Positions 25,601 through 37,545 of a stretch of 64,000 bases of DNA are shown piece after piece. The DNA is from Eledone cirrhosa (Eukaryota). The position numbers and the translations under genes were made by a program. The notes beneath the pieces are model-generated. The model was not told the origin of the DNA, ran no database searches, and was given only the letters and a program-made list of their open reading frames with translations. Position 1 is the first letter of the stretch. The number at the start of each line of letters is the position of its first letter. The DNA is taken from positions 34,720,001 to 34,784,000 of the forward strand of contig OZ024750.1 in assembly GCA_964016885.1 (NCBI GenBank), written 5' to 3'.

Positions 25601-27705
25601 AACATCCAAGTGTGTGACATCCTAGATTGGAAACATCCAAGTGTGTGTGTGACATCCTGGACTGGAAACATCCAAGTGTGTGTGTGACATCCTGGACTGG
25701 AAACATCCAAGTGTGTGTGTGACATCCTGGACTGTAAACATCCAAGTGTGTGTGTGACATCCTGGACTGGAAACATCCAAGTGTGTGACATCCTAGATTG
25801 GAAACATCCAAGTGTGTGTGTGACATCCTGGACTGGAAACATCCAAGTGTGTGTGTGACATCCTGGACTGTAAACATCCAAGTGTGTGTGTGACATCCTG
25901 GACTGGAAACATCCAAGTGTGTGTGTGACATCCTGGACTGTAAACATCCAAGTGTGTGTGTGACATCCTGGACTGGAAACATCCAAGTGTGTGTGTGACA
26001 TCCTGGACTGTAAACATCCAAGTGTGTGTGTGACATCCTGGACTGTAAACATCCAAGTGTGTGTGTGACATCCTGGACTGGAAACATCCAAATGTGTGTG
26101 TGACATCCTGGACTGGAAACATCCAAGAATGTGTATGACATCCTGGATTGGAAACATCCAAGTGTGTGTGTGAAATCCTGGACTGGAAACATCCAAGAAT
26201 GTGTATGACATCCTGGATTGGAAACATCCAAGTGTGTGTGTGACATCCTGGACTGGAAACATCCAAGTGTCTGTGTGACATCCTGGATTGGAAACATCCA
26301 AGTGTGTGTGTGACATCCTGGACTGGAAACATCCAAGTTAGTGTGTGACATCCTGGACTGAAACATCCAAGTGTGTGTGTGACATCCTGGACTGGAAACA
26401 TCCAAGTTTGTGTATGACATCCTGGATTGGAAACATCCAAGTGTGTGTGAGACATCCTGGACTGGAAACATCCAAGTGTGTGTGTGACATCCTGGATTGG
26501 AAACATCCAAGTGTGTGTGTGACATCCTGGACTGGAAACATCCAAGTTAGTGTGTGACATCCTGGACTGAAACATCCAAGTGTGTGTGTGACATCCTGGA
26601 CTGGAAACATCCAAGTTTGTGTGTGACATCCTGGATTGGAAACATCCAAGTGTGTGTGTGTGACATCCTGGACTGGAAACATCCAAGTGTGTGACATCCT
26701 GGACTGGAAACATCTAAGTGTGTGACATCCTAGATTGGAAACATCCAAGTGTGTGTGTGACATCCTGGACTGGAAACATCCAAGTGTGTGTGTGACATCC
26801 TGGACTGGAAACATCCAAGTTAGTGTGTGACATCCTGGACTGAAACATCCAAGTGTGTGTGTGACATCCTGGACTGGAAACATCCAAGTTTGTGTGTGAC
26901 ATCCTGGATTGGAAACATCCAAGTGTGTGTGTGTGACATCCTGGACTGGAAACATCCAAGTGTGTGACATCCTGGACTGGAAACATCTAAGTGTGTGACA
27001 TCCTAGATTGGAAACATCCAAGTGTGTGTGTGACATCCTGGACTGGAAACATCCAAGTGTGTGTGTGACATCCTGGACTGGAAACATCCAAGTGTGTGAC
27101 ATCCTGGACTGGAAACATCCAAGTGTGTGACATCCTAGATTGGAAACATCCAAGTGTGTGTGTGACATCCTGGACTGGAAACATCCAAGTTTGTGTGTGT
27201 GACATCCTGGACTGGAAACATCCAAGTGTGTGACATCCTGGACTGGAAACATCCAAGTGTGTGACATCCTAGATTGGAAACATCCAAGTGTGTGTGTGAC
27301 ATCCTGGTCTGGAAACATCCAAGTTAGTGTGTGACATCCTGGACTGGAAACATCCAAGTGTGCGTGTGACATCCTGGATTGGAAACATCCAAGTTTGTGT
27401 GTGACATCCTGGACTGGAAACATCCAAGTGTGTGACATCCTGGACTGGAAACATCCAAGTTTGTGTGTGACATCCTGGACTGGAAACATCCAAGTGTGTG
27501 ACATCCTGGACTGGAAACATCCAAGTGTGTGTGTGACATCCTGGACTGGAAACATCCAAGTGTGTGTGTGACATCCTGGACTGGAAACATCCAAGTGTGT
27601 GTGTGACATCCTGGACTGGAAACATCCAAGTGTGTGTGTGACATCCTGGACTGGAAACATCCAAGTGTGTGTGTGACATCCTGGACTGGAAACATCCAAG
27701 TTAGT
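22614..27705. repeat. ~35-bp tandem satellite, roughly 150 copies
   Basis: 25-bp core GACATCCTGGACTGGAAACATCCAA plus a variable (GT)3-6 linker. Confidence 0.97.
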
Positions 27706-27914
27706 CCTTTGAAACCCATTTCATGGAGTTGTAAGGAGAGGAAGATGTTGATACTCCTACATTGACAACCTGATCAAAGGCACTAGTCTGGACCCAGGAC
27801 CTTAAGGTGGTGGTGTCGGAGCTGGACCAAGGTATGTGGTAGAGTGACTTGGTTGCTGTGGCCTTGATTGTAATCGGTTCATAAGAAGAAGAAACCAAAT
27901 CTTATAAACCAGAT

Positions 27915-28225
27915 AATTGTTTCAACTTTTTGGCACAAGGCCAGCAATTACCCAGTGTATTACTGGTACTTTATTTTATCGACCCCGTAAGGATGAAAGG
28001 CAAAGTTAACCTCGGCGGGATTTGAAATCAGATCATAAAGGGACGTAACTCTATACTTCAAAGCATGGTGTCTGACTCTCTACAGATACTGCCAATCCAC
28101 CGCCTTACAAACCAGATAATTGTTTCTACGTTAGGCACAAGGCCAGCAATTACCCAGTGTACTTTATTTTATCGACCCCGTAAGGATGAAAGGCAAAGTC
28201 AACCTCGGCGGGATTTGAACTCAGA
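27915..28225 (-). mobile_element. Family A SINE, one full copy plus a tandem partial copy
   Basis: Core motif present twice; CTTA.AAACCAGATAATTGTTTC duplicated. Confidence 0.85.
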
Positions 28226-28470
28226 TAATGAATGGATATAATCTTTGATTCTCAGAGTACATTAATGGAGGAGTGTTTCATAAATGTTCTCATTTAGAAT
28301 TAATATTTTTTATTGTTTCAAGTCAAAACAGGTTAAGCTACTTTAAATTAGCTAACAAGTGAAAACTGTAGAATCACATAATATATTCATCCACATTCCA
28401 TCCACTGAATTATTATTTTTATATGGGTTCCTAGTGTCCGCGCATTGCCTGGGAACTTAGCTGAGAATAG

Positions 28471-28552
28471 ACTCCCTGATGACGTAAGGACTTCTCTATA
28501 GTTACATTACATAACTATATTTATTCCCTTACAGAAACTAATTAGTTGGAGT
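28471..28552 (+). ncRNA. Type I hammerhead ribozyme motif
   Basis: ACTCC-CTGATGA-C-GTAAGG...CCTTAC-A-GAAA-CTAATTA-GTT-GGAGT; stem I ACTCC/GGAGT, palindromic stem III ACTAATTAGT. Confidence 0.8.
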
Positions 28553-28937
28553 GAAAATTTTAGTAAGTAAGTTAATTTTTAATTTTTAAAATTTTCTTAT
28601 TTTACGTCTTTCATATAATTGTTCTGCATCCCAATGCATAGAACCACAAAGGTACTAAGACATAACATATATATTTGCTAGCATGGGTATACATCTGTAT
28701 ACATATGTTGGTAGATATACTAATTCTCTATATTCATATATCTTAAGATATATCTTAAGATCCACATTCTGAAGATATTCAATAACATTTAGATTTTTAT
28801 TGCCCATGTTATTATACAAGTGTTTCTGTAGTTTATGTTGTATATAAAGTTGTTATATTTAAAACATTAATGTCTTGAGAACCAGCAAAACATGAAATTA
28901 ATAGCTGTAATCTGTATAGTGGTTCTACATTTTTGTA

Positions 28938-29283
28938 TGGAGGCACATGGCTTAGTGGTTAGAGCATTGGCCTTGCAATCGAAAGGTTGTGAGTTCAATT
29001 CTCAGACCGGGTGATGTGTTGTTTCCTTGAGCAAGACACTTTATTTCACATTGCTCCAGTTTACTCAGCTGTAGAAATGAGATGATAGGGACTGGGGTCC
29101 CTATGATTCCACTGCAAAGTGGTCGTGGAGGTGCCACGGCAAAAAAGCACCCAGCACTCACTGTAAATGAGGTTGGTGTTAGGAAGGACATCCAGCTGTA
29201 GAAATCAAGCCAGAATCAGTTCCCGTCGCACCCTTGCAAGCAGGGAAAAGCGGATGTAAAATGATGATGATAAAATGATGATG
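28938..29283 (+). mobile_element. tRNA-derived SINE family B, full length
   Basis: A box TGGCTTAGTGG, B box GAGTTCAATTC, CORE-like TCCTTGAGCAAGACACTT, (ATG)n tail. Confidence 0.88.
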
Positions 29284-29296
29284 AATCCTTTATTAA

Positions 29297-29500
29297 TCCT
29301 TTAGCATTTAAGCCGGCCATATTCAGCCAGAATTCTCTCACACCTTTCTGTTCAAACTGGTCGTAACTGGCTGCTCATACAGATGTTAAGGTATTGTTCT
29401 CAAAATAGATAACATCTCATAGATTCGATATTATGTGAGATAAAGTCTTTTTCTGTGAAAATACAAAAGTACCTATAGAGTAATGTAAATGCTAAAGAGT
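29297..29500 (+). mobile_element. piggyBac-type MITE, diverged
   Basis: TTAATCCTTTAGCATTTA...TAAATGCTAAAGAGTTA. Confidence 0.75.
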
Positions 29501-29561
29501 TACCTACACAGCCACATTACAGCGTGGACTGTGTGTTTTTTAGTCGTGACACCTACACGAT

Positions 29562-29637
29562 CTGTATATGTATACATATATATATATATGTATATATGTA
29601 TATGTATATATGTATATATATATGTATATGTATGTAT

Positions 29638-29671
<34 letters not shown>

Positions 29672-29790
29672 GTATATGTGTATATGTATATATATATGTA
29701 TATATATGTATGTATATATATGTATATATATATATGTATATATATATATGTATATATATATGTATATGTAATACATGTATATATATGTAT

Positions 29791-29822
<32 letters not shown>

Positions 29823-29945
29823 GTATATATATATGTATCTGTATATATATATGTATCTGTATATATATATATGTATCTGTGTATATATATATATGTATCT
29901 GTATATATATATGTATATGTATATATGTATCTGTATATATATATG

Positions 29946-29977
<32 letters not shown>

Positions 29978-30045
29978 TATGTATATGTATATATATATAT
30001 GTATATACGTATATATGTATATGTATATATATATATGTATATACA
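29562..30045. repeat. (TA)n/(TATG)n microsatellite
   Basis: Direct inspection. Confidence 0.9.
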
Positions 30046-30085
30046 ATATATTAATAAATAGAAACTATATTTATAAAACCATATT

Positions 30086-30151
30086 TATTTTATTATATAT
30101 ATTTCAAGGGCAACCAAGGCAAATTATGGTGCGCTTTCATCAGATAAAATA
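30086..30151 (-). ncRNA. Type I hammerhead motif, family H1
   Basis: Minus strand: TATTTTAT-CTGATGA-AAG...ACCA...TGGT...CTT-GAAA-TATAT-ATA-ATAAAATA. Confidence 0.8.
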
Positions 30152-30869
30152 CAGATTGGTTTTATAAATAAATATTGACATACCCGGAAAAAAGACAACC
30201 TCAACGGTTGAAGTTCCCTGGATATGGAGAGAGGAAGAGGAGTAGGAAGAGTAGGAGGGGGTGATACTTAATTTATTATATTTTCAATATACTTTCCTTT
30301 ACAGCCTTATATAACCATCTCTTAACAAATAAACTAAAAAACATAACAACATTACCAAATTAATATTTATTTATCAGGAGACTATTTTGAATAATTCCAT
30401 GAAACCTTCTATTCATAAATCTACATCATTTGTACTCCATGCATTTCTGCTATTTTATATTCTCTATATATTTTATATTATTTATATCATCTATATATTT
30501 CTACATTTACAGATTTGCATTTATTATATATATAAAATAACCACACTTCCATTATACATTGAAATAAACACCCTGAAGTGAGTAGTTTCTATGTATATAT
30601 ACTTGTACAAACATCAGATCATATATATATATGGAATAACACAAAATATGTACATAATTATATCAATGTTCAATTAGACACGAGTACAGTCATATCTTTA
30701 CATATTTTCTGTTCATAGAAATTCCAAAAATATTCACCTCTCCATTTTCACAGGCAACTACTTAAACGCATAAACACACACACACACACATATTATATCT
30801 ATATATATATAATTAAAGCAAGGATGGTGTGAACTGTGAATTGAAACAGAGTTGGGAGAAGTATATGAT

Positions 30870-31233
30870 GGAGGCACATGGCTTAGTAGTTAGAGCATTG
30901 GCCTTGCAATCGAAAGGTTGTGAGTTCAATTCTCAGACCAGGTGATGTGTTGTTTCCTTGAGCAAGACACTTTATTTCACAATGCTCCAGTTTACTCAGC
31001 TGTAGAAATGAGATGATAGGAACTGCGGTCCCTATCATTCCACTGCAAAGTGGTGGAGGTGCCATGGCAAAAAAGCACCCCCCAGCCCACACTGTAAAGT
31101 GGTCGTGCAGGCGCCACGGAAAAAAAGCACCCAGCACTCACTCACTGTAAATGAGGTTGGTGTTAGGAAGGGCATCCAGCTGTAGAAATCAAGCCAGAAT
31201 CAGTTCCCGTCCCACCCTTGCAAGCAGGGAAAA
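30870..31233 (+). mobile_element. Family B SINE
   Basis: Matches 28938-29283, with two internal modules. Confidence 0.88.
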
Positions 31234-31391
31234 GAGTACGTATATATATGACCAAAGTTTATATGGTTCGTTGATTATTCAACGAATACAATTTTACAAT
31301 AGATTAGAAGCACTCAACAGTAATTTTTCTGGAGTATTTAATATTATTCAAAATATTAATAAATGAAAAATATTCTCATAACCAAAGTATA

Positions 31392-31454
31392 TATTTTATT
31401 ATACATATTTCAAAGTTACAATGGTGTTTAAGTACGTTTTCATCAGATAAAATA
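31392..31454 (-). ncRNA. Type I hammerhead motif, family H1 variant (left arm of palindrome)
   Basis: Minus strand: TATTTTAT-CTGATGA-AAAC...CTTT-GAAA-TATGT-ATA-ATAAAATA. Confidence 0.7.
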
Positions 31455-31573
31455 TATGAGAGATTGGATATGCGACATACCGCTACGGTTTTGATTATTC
31501 AATTCCAATACTTCCACTATTGGAATTGAATAATCAAAACCGTAGCAGTATGTCGCATATCCAATCTCTTATA

Positions 31574-31642
31574 TATTTTATCTGATGAAAACGTACTTAA
31601 ACACCATTGTACCTGTGTACCTTTGAAATATGTATAATAAAA
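31574..31642 (+). ncRNA. Type I hammerhead motif, family H1 variant (right arm of palindrome)
   Basis: TATTTTAT-CTGATGA-AAACGTAC...GTACCTTT-GAAA-TATGT-ATA-ATAAAA. Confidence 0.72.
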
Positions 31643-31780
31643 ATATATTTTAATTATCAGAATATATTTCATTTATTAATATTTTGAATAATATATATAT
31701 ATATATATATATATGTCTGTGTGTGTGTATATATATATGTCTGTGTGTGTATATATATATATATGTGTGTGTGTGTATAC

Positions 31781-31812
<32 letters not shown>

Positions 31813-31904
31813 ATATATATGTGTGTGTATGTATATGTGTGTGTGTATATATATATGTGTGTGTGTGTATATATATATATGTGTGTGTGTGTGTATATAT
31901 ATAT

Positions 31905-32023
31905 ATCCTGATGATTTCTCCTGAATAAAAAAGTTCTAGTCCTATAGAAGCCATTTCTATATTTAATATTTATACTCCATGTATTGAGTACCTTACTTAC
32001 CCCCAATTGAACCCAGCATAAAC
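31905..32023 (+). mobile_element. Degenerate copy of hammerhead element family H2 between microsatellites
   Basis: CCTGATGATTTCT...GTTCTAGTCCTATAGAA...TGTATTGAGTACCTTACTTAC matches the reverse complement of 37360-37493; GAAAC is mutated. Confidence 0.65.
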
Positions 32024-32024
32024 A

Positions 32025-32119
<95 letters not shown>

Positions 32120-32222
32120 ACCTTGTCAAATGGTGAAAAGGACCCGTCCCACCCTTGCAAGCAAGGAAAAGTGGATGATAAATGATGATGATGATGATAT
32201 ATGAATATATATATATATATAT

Positions 32223-32565
32223 GGAGGCACATGGCTTAGTGGTTAGAGCATTGGCCTTGCAATCGAAAGGTTGTGAGTTCACTTCTCAGACTGGGTGATG
32301 TGTTGTTTCCTTGAGCAAGACACTTTATTTCACATTGCTCCAGTTTACTCAGCTGTAGAAATGAGATGATAGGGACTGGGGTCCCTATCATTCCACTGCA
32401 AAGTGGTCGTGGAGGTGCCATGGCAAAAAAGCACCCAGCACTCACTGTAAATGAGGTTGGTGTTAGGAAGGGCATCCAGCTGTAGAAATCAAGCCAGAAT
32501 CAGTTCCCGTCCCACCCTTGCAAGCAGGGAAAAGCGGACGTAAAATGAAATGATGATGATGAAAT
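32223..32565 (+). mobile_element. Family B SINE
   Basis: Near-identical to 28938-29283; preceded by (TA)n and an orphan 3' tail at 32143-32198. Confidence 0.88.
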
Positions 32566-32949
32566 GATATATATAAATATATGTATATACAAACACATTA
32601 TTTCAGGTATTAACAATTGTTTCATGTTCATGGATTACCTATAATGATAACTTGTTATCCCATATATATGTATATATAGTGTATTTTGCAATACACTTTA
32701 TGCTTAATTAAAAGCATTTTGAAGACAGTATGCTATTGTTTTAGAGTAGTGACAGACTCACTTACTTTAATCTCAGCAAACAGGGGGAGATAAAGCCGAC
32801 AAGGCCTTGTTTCTGCATTTGTTGATGCTTATCAAGGCTAACTACTCCCTCCCATCTGCTGAGATCACTGATGTTATATTCTTATAGAATTCTAGTAAAT
32901 AATCAGGAACTGATTATACAGAGCGGTTGCCGGTCAAGCAGAACTCCAA

Positions 32950-33020
<71 letters not shown>

Positions 33021-33059
33021 TAGGATCGGAATTAAGAGTATTCCGCAGTTCACAGTAAT

Positions 33060-33277
33060 AATAATAATTGTTTCTACTTTTGGCACAAGGACAGCAATTA
33101 CTGGTACTTTATTCTATCTAAGGACAGCACTTACTGGTACTTTATTCTATCTACCCCGGAAGGATGAAAGGTAAAGTTAACCTCAGCAGGATTTGAACTC
33201 AGATCATACAGGGAGGTAACTCTATGATTCAAAGCATGGCATCCAGCCCTCTACCGATACTGCCAATCCACCGCCTT
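33060..33277 (-). mobile_element. Family A SINE
   Basis: Head, B box and core motifs present. Confidence 0.8.
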
Positions 33278-33944
33278 ACCGTAATAATAATAATATTAGC
33301 TCAAAGAAGAATAGAGAATTTTTTTCTGAGCTCAGATACAAATATATTACACAAATAGAAGTGTGTTACACTTTTACACACATCTCACTGTGTAACACTT
33401 CTATTTGTGTAATATATTTATATATATATATAAATGAAAGGTATAGAAAACATTGTAGCAAAAAGCCAACAGTATTCCATAATATATAAGTGACTATAGC
33501 GTCAAAATGGGAAAAATAGTTAACGTAAGATGTGGGAAAAATAAATCAAACTCATCTCAAAGAGAATCAGGATATAGATTCATCCACAGAATTTAGTGAA
33601 ATCCAGGGAAAAATCAATAGAGCCTTAACTCATGATAAAATAAAGTTTAAAATACTCATCCTTCAATTTGGAAAAACTTCAAATGCTCTGTATAGTCTTA
33701 AAGACTATTTCACGAAAACTTTCAGTGGAGATGGTCACGGTTGGAATCCGATCCTCAGCAGAGCTCAACTCGATAACCAAAATTCTCACAGATTAATATG
33801 CCAAAAAGGGAACTTAAAACAGGCTTGTTCACCATCATGCGTGATTATGAAAAATAAAACGCACATGTGGAAGGACAGGGCTGGTGACGTCAGAATGAGA
33901 CGAATGTTTGTTTACAAGAAACAACAGTCAAAAAACATTCTGAA

Positions 33945-33985
<41 letters not shown>

Positions 33986-34387
33986 TAGTTTAACAATGAT
34001 AATAATAACAAAGGCAAGTTATTTTTCATGTTTCTTTCATTGTTTTACAATTGTTTCGGAGGTTTGATCATATTGATATATTGACTGATCTATAGCAGTT
34101 ATAGAACTGTATACTATCAGGCATGATATATAGGTTCGATCATACCGTCGTCTTTGGAAGGTAGATCACATGGAATATATATATATATATATAGGAGGAG
34201 GTTATAGTTCACTTGAAGCATTGTCTAATGAGGTATAAACGTTTGTATAAGTATAATAAAGCCAAAACAATGCAGGTATGGACATAGAATAAAGAATGCA
34301 AATGCAAAAGATATTGTTGACAATTAGTCTTTTACCTTAGATTTATTTAAATGTCCTTAATTTTCGAGATAATATCTCTTCTTCGGA

Positions 34388-34511
34388 GAGAAGTAAAGCG
34401 GTTAAACCAGTGTTCTAAATAGCTTGCCAAGTCATCCTGACCTCTATACCATTTCCTGTCAGCATGACTTGGCAAGCTATTTAGAACACTGGTTTAACCG
34501 CTTTACTTCTC
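34388..34511. repeat. Inverted repeat, 54-bp arms, 16-nt loop
   Basis: GAGAAGTAAAGCGG...GTCATCCTGAC / GTCAGCATGAC...CCGCTTTACTTCTC, one mismatch. Confidence 0.9.
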
Positions 34512-34750
34512 GTTCATCGTTCTACTTACCGTATTGACCTCCCCCCTCCCCCTCCCCTGCTTCCTCTTTGACCTCACACCCAGCTGTAGCTGGCACCACC
34601 AACGCATGAATGGGTCTACTCCGCCCCCTCTCCCCTTTTCTCCTACTGGCAGGTTTGGCTACCTCCCCCACCAACTTGCCATCGCAGAATTACTATTACC
34701 TTGTGGGATGACCAATCCTGGTGATTATCTCTTTGACCATATATGGAATT

Positions 34751-34845
34751 GCCCCTTGACAAGTTCGGCTATTTAAATACCAGAACTGATTTTTCATTCA
34801 GTACAGAATTAGCCGTCGAAACGGCTTGAGCTCAGCCGTCGGGGT
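34751..34845 (+). ncRNA. Degenerate type I hammerhead motif, family H3
   Basis: GCCCC-TTGACAA(mutated CTGANGA)-GTTCGGCTA...TAGCCGTC-GAAA-CGGCT-TGAGCTC-AGCC-GTC-GGGGT; all three stems intact, GUC triplet. Confidence 0.6.
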
Positions 34846-34855
34846 CTTACTTACT

Positions 34856-34906
<51 letters not shown>

Positions 34907-34918
34907 ATATATATATAT

Positions 34919-35503
34919 GTGATGTGTTGTGTCCTTGAGCAAGACACTTTATTTCACATTGCACCAGTTTACTCAGCTGTAGAAATGAGATGATAGGGAC
35001 TGGGGTCCATATCATTCCACTGCAAAGTGGTCGTGGAGGTGCCATGGCAAAAAAGCAGCCAGCACTCACTGTAAATGAGGTTGGTGTTAGGAAGGGCATC
35101 CAGCTGTAGAAATGAGATGATAGGACTGGGGTCTCTATCATTCCACTGCAGAGTGGTCATGGAGGTGCCATGACAAAAAAAGCAGCCAGCACTCACTGTA
35201 AATGAGGTTGGTGTTAGGAAGGGCATCCAGCTGTAGAAATGAGATGATAGGGACTGGGGTCCCTATCATTCCACTGCAAAGTGGTCGTGGAGGTGCCACG
35301 GCAAAAAAGCACCCAGCACTCACTGTAAATGAGGTTGGTGTTAGGAAGGGCATCCAGCTGTAGAAATCAAGCCAGAATCAGTTCCCATATGAGCAAGACA
35401 AGGTCAGCTGACCGGACACTGCCCACAACAGGACAACCCGCCTAACCCATGCTCGCATGGAAGAACGGACATAAAACAGTGATGAAGATGATGATGATGA
35501 TGA
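34919..35503 (+). mobile_element. 5'-truncated family B SINE with a triplicated 127-bp segment
   Basis: CAGCTGTAGAAAT at 34974, 35101, 35228 and 35355. Confidence 0.85.
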
Positions 35504-35951
35504 TATATATATATATAATCATCATATATATACAACTATATATGTCTAACCTGATTAGTTTTTTCCTTGTTTTGATATTGTATGACTGGGTTTTGCCCTG
35601 CCACAATTTTCAATTTGTCAAGCTATCTAAACGTAATGTTATTACTCTGAGGGCCTACCCTTATTGAGTGCTTTGCTACTCATTCCTAATTGTAGGTCGA
35701 TTTTGCTTGTCCACAGCCAAAGCTTCGATTTTACTAAGCTTCCACTTGTATATATATATATACACACACACACATATGTATGTATATATATATATATATA
35801 TATATATGTAAAAGTTCTATTTAAATTGTTGGGATACAACAAGCAAATATTTTTATAACTGATATAAAGCACTCAACAAATATTTGTAGTAAAAATACGA
35901 TATTAACAAATGGAAACTATATTTATAAAACCATATTTATAAAAGCATATT

Positions 35952-36016
35952 TATTTCATTATACATATTTCAAGGACACCAAGTTAAATTATGGTGTGCT
36001 TTCATCAGATAAAATA
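35952..36016 (-). ncRNA. Type I hammerhead motif, family H1
   Basis: Minus strand: TATTTTAT-CTGATGA-AAG-CA-CACCA...TGGTG-TC-CTT-GAAA-TATGT-ATA-ATGAAATA; host element spans about 35810-36090 between (TA)n tracts. Confidence 0.8.
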
Positions 36017-36089
36017 TAATATAGATCAGTTTTATAAATAAATATTGACATATCCTTAAAAAATGCAACCATTACTGTTGGAAGCTCCC

Positions 36090-36170
<81 letters not shown>

Positions 36171-36521
36171 TATATATATATATGTATGAGTGTATAAACC
36201 ATTATACATGGTTCCTCTGACAATCTGGAGAACTAATTGTATACATATATGCAATGCTTGCTTGGGGACGTCTATTTATCTAAACTGCCATTTTGCCACA
36301 TGAGTACTTGCAAGTACATACATATTTTTATTTCCTTAGAGAAGACTGTTTACAGAAACTCAGCTAAATATTTGCACATTCACACTGGCATCTTACTCTA
36401 GCTAGACACAAATACATATATAATTGCTATACTAGTGTCATAAACACACTCACACACATACATACACACACATATATATATATACACACACACATATATG
36501 TATATACACACATAAACAGAT

Positions 36522-36630
<109 letters not shown>

Positions 36631-36722
36631 GATATTTAATAAATGGAAACTATATTTATAAAACCATATTTATTCTATTATATAAATTTTGACATAACCA
36701 AGAAAATTGAATATCCCTTTTG

Positions 36723-36765
<43 letters not shown>

Positions 36766-37044
36766 TATAAATGAATTATATATATTATTTATGCATGTAT
36801 ATATATATTTTATATATATATATATATTATATATGCAAAAGTTTTATTTAAGATTGTTGGGTTACAACGAGTAAATATTTTATAACTGATATAAAAGCAC
36901 TCAACAGTTTCTGGAGTAGGTTTACGATATTAAACAAATGGAAACTATATTTATAAAACCATATTTATAAAACCATATTTATAAAACCATATTTATAAAA
37001 CCATATTTATAAAACTAATTATTTATAAAACAGCTTATGTATTG

Positions 37045-37110
37045 TATTTTGTCTGAGGAAGGCATACCATATTTTTAATATGATATCCCAGAAATATATA
37101 TAACGAAATA
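37045..37110 (+). ncRNA. Type I hammerhead motif, family H1 variant with compensatory stem I change
   Basis: TATTTTGT-CTGAGGA-AGG...CCA-GAAA-TATAT-ATA-ACGAAATA. Confidence 0.7.
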
Positions 37111-37441
37111 AATATGGTTTTATAAATATAGTTTCCATTTGTTTAATATCGTATATATATTATATATATTATTTATGTATGTATATATATAAAATATATA
37201 TATACATGCATAAATAATATATATAATATAAACATATATAAAATATATATATACATGCATAAATAATATATATATATACATATATAATTAATATATATAT
37301 ATATACATAAGAAGTCTTAGTGAGATTTAATGAAAAAAATTATATATATATATATATACGTTATTCCGGGTTGAATCGGAGGTAACCACAGTAAGTAAGG
37401 TACTCAATACATTGCAGAGTATAAAAGTTTTAATATTGATG

Positions 37442-37492
37442 AGATTCTACAGGACTAGAACTGTTTCATTCTTTAGAAATCATCAGGAATCT
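37442..37492 (-). ncRNA. Type I hammerhead motif, family H2 (left arm of perfect palindrome)
   Basis: Exact reverse complement of 37495-37545. Confidence 0.78.
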
Positions 37493-37494
37493 GC

Positions 37495-37545
37495 AGATTC
37501 CTGATGATTTCTAAAGAATGAAACAGTTCTAGTCCTGTAGAATCT
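37495..37545 (+). ncRNA. Type I hammerhead motif, family H2 (right arm)
   Basis: AGATTC-CTGATGA-TTTC-TAAA-GAAT-GAAA-CAG-TTCTAGTC-CT-GTA-GAATCT; stem I 6 bp, stem III ACAG/CTGT. Confidence 0.78.

Noticed and set aside
22614-27705. CRISPR-like repeat/spacer appearance
   Set aside because: Linkers are 6-12 nt GT runs, not unique spacers; no cas genes; eukaryotic context
22518-27719. Long minus-strand ORFs up to 545 aa
   Set aside because: Stop-poor satellite read in rotating frames
28938-29010. tRNA gene
   Set aside because: A and B boxes are present but there is no acceptor stem and it runs into a SINE body found in many copies
33532-33993. 153-aa ORF
   Set aside because: No recognisable domain, non-ATG start, runs into a TA repeat; possibly a decayed element
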